Below, piece by piece: positions 60,677 through 64,000 of a stretch of 64,000 nt of DNA (positions are counted from its first letter, which is position 1; each line of letters starts with the position of its first letter). Source of the stretch: Gammaproteobacteria bacterium (lineage in GTDB: Bacteria > Pseudomonadota > Gammaproteobacteria > DSM-16500); NCBI GenBank assembly GCA_013287745.1, contig JABDDF010000003.1, positions 1,946 to 65,945 on the forward strand, given 5' to 3'. Below the pieces are notes generated by a model. It searched no databases. It saw nothing but the letters and a program-made list of their open reading frames with translations, and was not told the origin of the DNA. A program made the position numbers and the translations under genes.

Positions 60677-61077
60677 TATGTTTTTAATATCGGGGGTAAT
60701 AAGTTACGCTTAATTGCCAGTATTCATTTTAATCGTCAAAAATTATATATACGAAGTATACTTACTCACAAAGAATATGATCATAGCAAGTGGAGGAATA
60801 AAGATGACAACTCTACAAACAAATAGCGCTATCAAAAGCACGATCAAACATTGGAAATACATCTCTCATGATATTCATGAGCCATTAAATAAAACTGATT
60901 ATAACAAATTGTCAAAAATTCTTGATGAAGCAACACAATATTAAACAATCTGATTTACCAGAAATAGGAAGTCAAGGTGTTGTTTCAGAAATTTTAAGAG
61001 GAAAGCGTGAACTTAATATTAGCCAAATTAAAAAACTAGCAAAGGAATTTCGAGTTTCACCGGATACTTTTATTTGA
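60677..61077 (+). pseudogene. Decayed higB-higA toxin-antitoxin locus
   Basis: FNIGGNKLRLIASIHF...ILTHKEYD (HigB C-half); HigA with internal deletion/frameshift ending QSDLPEIGSQGVVSEILRGKRELN. Confidence 0.85.
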
Positions 61078-61086
61078 TTCTTTATC

Positions 61087-63357
61087 TTACTTTTTCACAA
61101 ATGAGGAAGTATTCTCACTCACCTTTTCTTCAGTCTTCTGTTTTTCCACAGCTTTTTTCGCTGTCTTAGCAAACAAACCTAAGCCCGCTGTCTTTGCAAG
61201 ACTAACACCCGGAGATCCTTTGATGAGATCAACACCTTTCTTAATCATGCCAACACCAGTAGTCATACCCACGGGAATGATTGGAGTCGCTGCTCCATGA
61301 GTGAGGACGACAGCAGCGACTGTCGCTGCTAGTATAGCAACTCCCAATACGCAACAAGCTGCGCCGCCAATCAATTTTCCCCAATTAGTTTTATTTAGAA
61401 CGATATCATTTGTCTTTCTCGCATAGTCTTCAAACTGATTAATATTATTAGGATCACGAACAACATTTGTCGTTTGTGTAATAAGCCCAGTCAAGTTTGG
61501 TAGATCTTGGGATTTCACTATTCCATCTTCGTATGCTTTTCTTGTTTGTTTCAAGACTTCTTTACCTGCCACTTTTAAATCTGCATAACTATCATTGTCG
61601 CTATTAATATTAGTTGCTTCCTCTAACTTACAACAGGCAAGCTTAAATTCAAATGTTTGCTCAACTTCTTGTACAGATTGTATTAATGCGGGTAACTCCT
61701 CAATTGTGGCATTCCTTTTTTCTGCTTTTGCTTTAGCTAAGAAATCATTGGTTTCCTGCCATAAGACTTTTATTGATTCCGAATCTTGATGAGCCATTTC
61801 AGCGCTTCCTTTAGTTGTTGCAGAGGGATTTTTATTTGTCAAACTATTGCATGCCAAATTAAACGCATTTACTTTGACAGTCGCATCTTGGAATTTTTTT
61901 ACAAGCTCTTGAATAGGTGCTTGCTGCAACGATGTAATTTTATCTAGGAACTTAGCAAAGGCATCAATATTCTTTTGATTAGGATTTTGTACATTATCAG
62001 CTGTTATATTAATAAAATTTGTCAATTGAGAAAATTCTTCAGGCGCTAGCTTTCCTTGGTTGTGGGCAAGTTTTATTTCAGCTAAAATTTCTTTGCCAAG
62101 CTTTGTTATCAACGATGATGAAGTTGGATTATTTGAACTGCTGATAGCCATTTCTACTTTATTACAAGCCTGTTCAAATACGATTTTTTTAATGACTTGA
62201 GAAAATTCTTTTCTGGCAAGTAAGGCAGTCTCATTAGTCATTGTTGGAGTAGCTAATTCTTCTAACTTAGCCAAAGATGGTATGCTATTTATTGAAAAAT
62301 TGTAATATTCCGGCCTTTTTATCACATTTTTTGTTTTGTTAATAAATTGTGTTAATAGGAGTATTTCATCAGTATTTAAATTTCCATTAAGATGAACATT
62401 TTTCGCATGAGCTAAAATTTCTTTACCAACGATATAAAATGGCGAACTCGGATTTGCATCACATATTTTCTCTAAATCTTCGCATGCGGAGTTAAATTGT
62501 TTTTCAATATTTGAATTAAATTTTTCTTGAATAGAAGAATCCGATTTTTTTCCTGCTTCACTTAAAGAAGCATTATAGGATGCCAAAACTACTTCTCGGT
62601 TTGCGGATAGGAATGGATCGTTAGGTTCATTGAATCCTGCAATTGAAAGAATTCGTAAGTTTGGAAGGTTATTTTCTGGATTTAATCGTTCAAGGCTATC
62701 GATAGCTTTAATAGCACTAATACAGTTTTGTTGATCATCAGCAAAATAAGCATCACCATGCCATGCTTCTTTTTCTTGCAAGACATAGGAATACATCATT
62801 GCTTTAACGTCTAATGAATCAGATTTCTGTATGATATTCTTTTCTTTAAGTGTTTCATCAAGTTTTATAAGATCTTCATGTTTAGCTTCATTTAATATTC
62901 TCTGGGATTTCAAATCTTTTTTAACTTCGCTATCATCCAAAAGTGTTCCGACAATCATTCCGTCATCAATTCTTTGCCTATGTTTATCGATGACATCTTT
63001 GTAATATGCACCTAATCCTTTATCGTAGTTCTTGTCATAGGGTGTGACAACGCCATGCACGTTAAATCCTTCGCTTTGCAGATAAGAGACAAGTTCATGC
63101 CTTTTTACCAATAAGGCTCCTTCTACACCGTATTCACTATCTAATGTTTTGATATCCATATTCGTAAATAAATATAAATCCATGATGCCCTGTTGTTTTA
63201 GGGCTTGAAAAAGGGGGAGATTTAAAATTTCTCTGATGTCTCCGCCCGCTGACAGGAGTTTACCCATTTGTAAAATGGTTCCATCAACATCTAATAAGGC
63301 AAAAGGACGTTTCTCTGCTTGTTCTTCACTGGGATTAGGAGTTTCGTGGCTTTGCAT
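61087..63357 (-). CDS. Effector-like protein: HAD-like N-domain, helical repeats, C-terminal TM
   Basis: LLDVDGT and FADD motifs; repeated F..AC..LE units; hydrophobic C-terminal segment. Confidence 0.65.
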   Translation of the reverse strand: MQSHETPNPSEEQAEKRPFALLDVDGTILQMGKLLSAGGDIREILNLPLFQALKQQGIMDLYLFTNMDIKTLDSEYGVEGALLVKRHELVSYLQSEGFNVHGVVTPYDKNYDKGLGAYYKDVIDKHRQRIDDGMIVGTLLDDSEVKKDLKSQRILNEAKHEDLIKLDETLKEKNIIQKSDSLDVKAMMYSYVLQEKEAWHGDAYFADDQQNCISAIKAIDSLERLNPENNLPNLRILSIAGFNEPNDPFLSANREVVLASYNASLSEAGKKSDSSIQEKFNSNIEKQFNSACEDLEKICDANPSSPFYIVGKEILAHAKNVHLNGNLNTDEILLLTQFINKTKNVIKRPEYYNFSINSIPSLAKLEELATPTMTNETALLARKEFSQVIKKIVFEQACNKVEMAISSSNNPTSSSLITKLGKEILAEIKLAHNQGKLAPEEFSQLTNFINITADNVQNPNQKNIDAFAKFLDKITSLQQAPIQELVKKFQDATVKVNAFNLACNSLTNKNPSATTKGSAEMAHQDSESIKVLWQETNDFLAKAKAEKRNATIEELPALIQSVQEVEQTFEFKLACCKLEEATNINSDNDSYADLKVAGKEVLKQTRKAYEDGIVKSQDLPNLTGLITQTTNVVRDPNNINQFEDYARKTNDIVLNKTNWGKLIGGAACCVLGVAILAATVAAVVLTHGAATPIIPVGMTTGVGMIKKGVDLIKGSPGVSLAKTAGLGLFAKTAKKAVEKQKTEEKVSENTSSFVKK

Positions 63358-63509
63358 GATGCTCCTCGTTCGGCTTATATTTTATATATTAATTATACTC
63401 TAAGCCTGAACGATGAGTGGGAGCTATTAAAAATCAAGGAGTTAGATAGGTGAAAAGGATTGAAATTTCCAGGAAAAAACGCGGGGCACGCACTGAATAG
63501 AGATGATTT

Positions 63510-64000
63510 TCACCCACTCATCTTCAACTCATCCCAATACTTCTCATAAAGCGCAGCCGTCTCATCCCCCACATCAATTTGAAACTGCCCGCGCTTCATC
63601 ACCTCAGCAGGCGGATAGATGGTTGGATCAGTGCGAATTTTTTCCGGCAATAATTTTTGTGCGGCTAAATTAGGCGTAGGAAAACTGGTAGCGAGAGCAA
63701 TATCTCGGCCTACCTCTGCGCGTAAGACAAAGTTGATAAAGGCATAGGCTGCATCTCGATGGCGTGCATTTTTCGGAATGCAAAAATTGTCAACCCAGAT
63801 GACAAAACCATCTTTCGGAAACACAAAGCGCATATTGGGATTTTCCTGTTCTGCCTTGTAAGCATCACCATTCCATGCCATGCCAATGCTTGCATCTTCA
63901 TCAATCATGATGGAAATAATAGTATCAGTAGAAAACACCTTGATATTTTTCATCAAAGTTTTCAATTTGAGAAAGGCTTGTTTGATATGTTCAGGATCGC
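63510..64000 (-). CDS. potD: Spermidine/putrescine ABC substrate-binding protein (5' part outside window)
   Basis: WNGD, PKDGFVIWVDN..IPK.A....A..FINF. Confidence 0.85.
   Translation of the reverse strand, partial: DPEHIKQAFLKLKTLMKNIKVFSTDTIISIMIDEDASIGMAWNGDAYKAEQENPNMRFVFPKDGFVIWVDNFCIPKNARHRDAAYAFINFVLRAEVGRDIALATSFPTPNLAAQKLLPEKIRTDPTIYPPAEVMKRGQFQIDVGDETAALYEKYWDELKMSG

Overview
Chromosomal window from an AT-rich Legionellales/Coxiellales-like gammaproteobacterium; this taxonomy is inferred from the lvh/virB-type T4SS, effector-like genes and PmrA/LetA-like boxes. Housekeeping genes (xth, rpmE, malic enzyme; rpsF-rpsR-DUF2232-rplI-dnaB-alr-radA) flank a ~35.5 kb integrative conjugative element (16787..52264) inserted in the 3' end of an elongator tRNA-Met, with a 43-bp att direct repeat and arm-type sites. 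The ICE core joins a lambdoid cI/cro/replication-initiator module to a virB2-B11 operon, a MOB_C-type relaxase, a coupling protein, ArdA and xis-int. Its cargo includes a small-molecule biosynthetic operon (heme-oxygenase-like diiron enzyme, two ATP-grasp ligases, PanD, MFS exporter) with a visible promoter/operator, an AvrB-like effector candidate, a PIN + HEPN-like gene pair, a trypsin-like protease and a secreted deaminase. Outside the ICE are effector-like genes (one truncated by an IS3 end), a thaumatin protein, nested long palindromic REP/MITE elements, a decayed higBA and an unannotated CsrA-sponge-type sRNA. All family assignments come from motif recognition by eye, not database searches.
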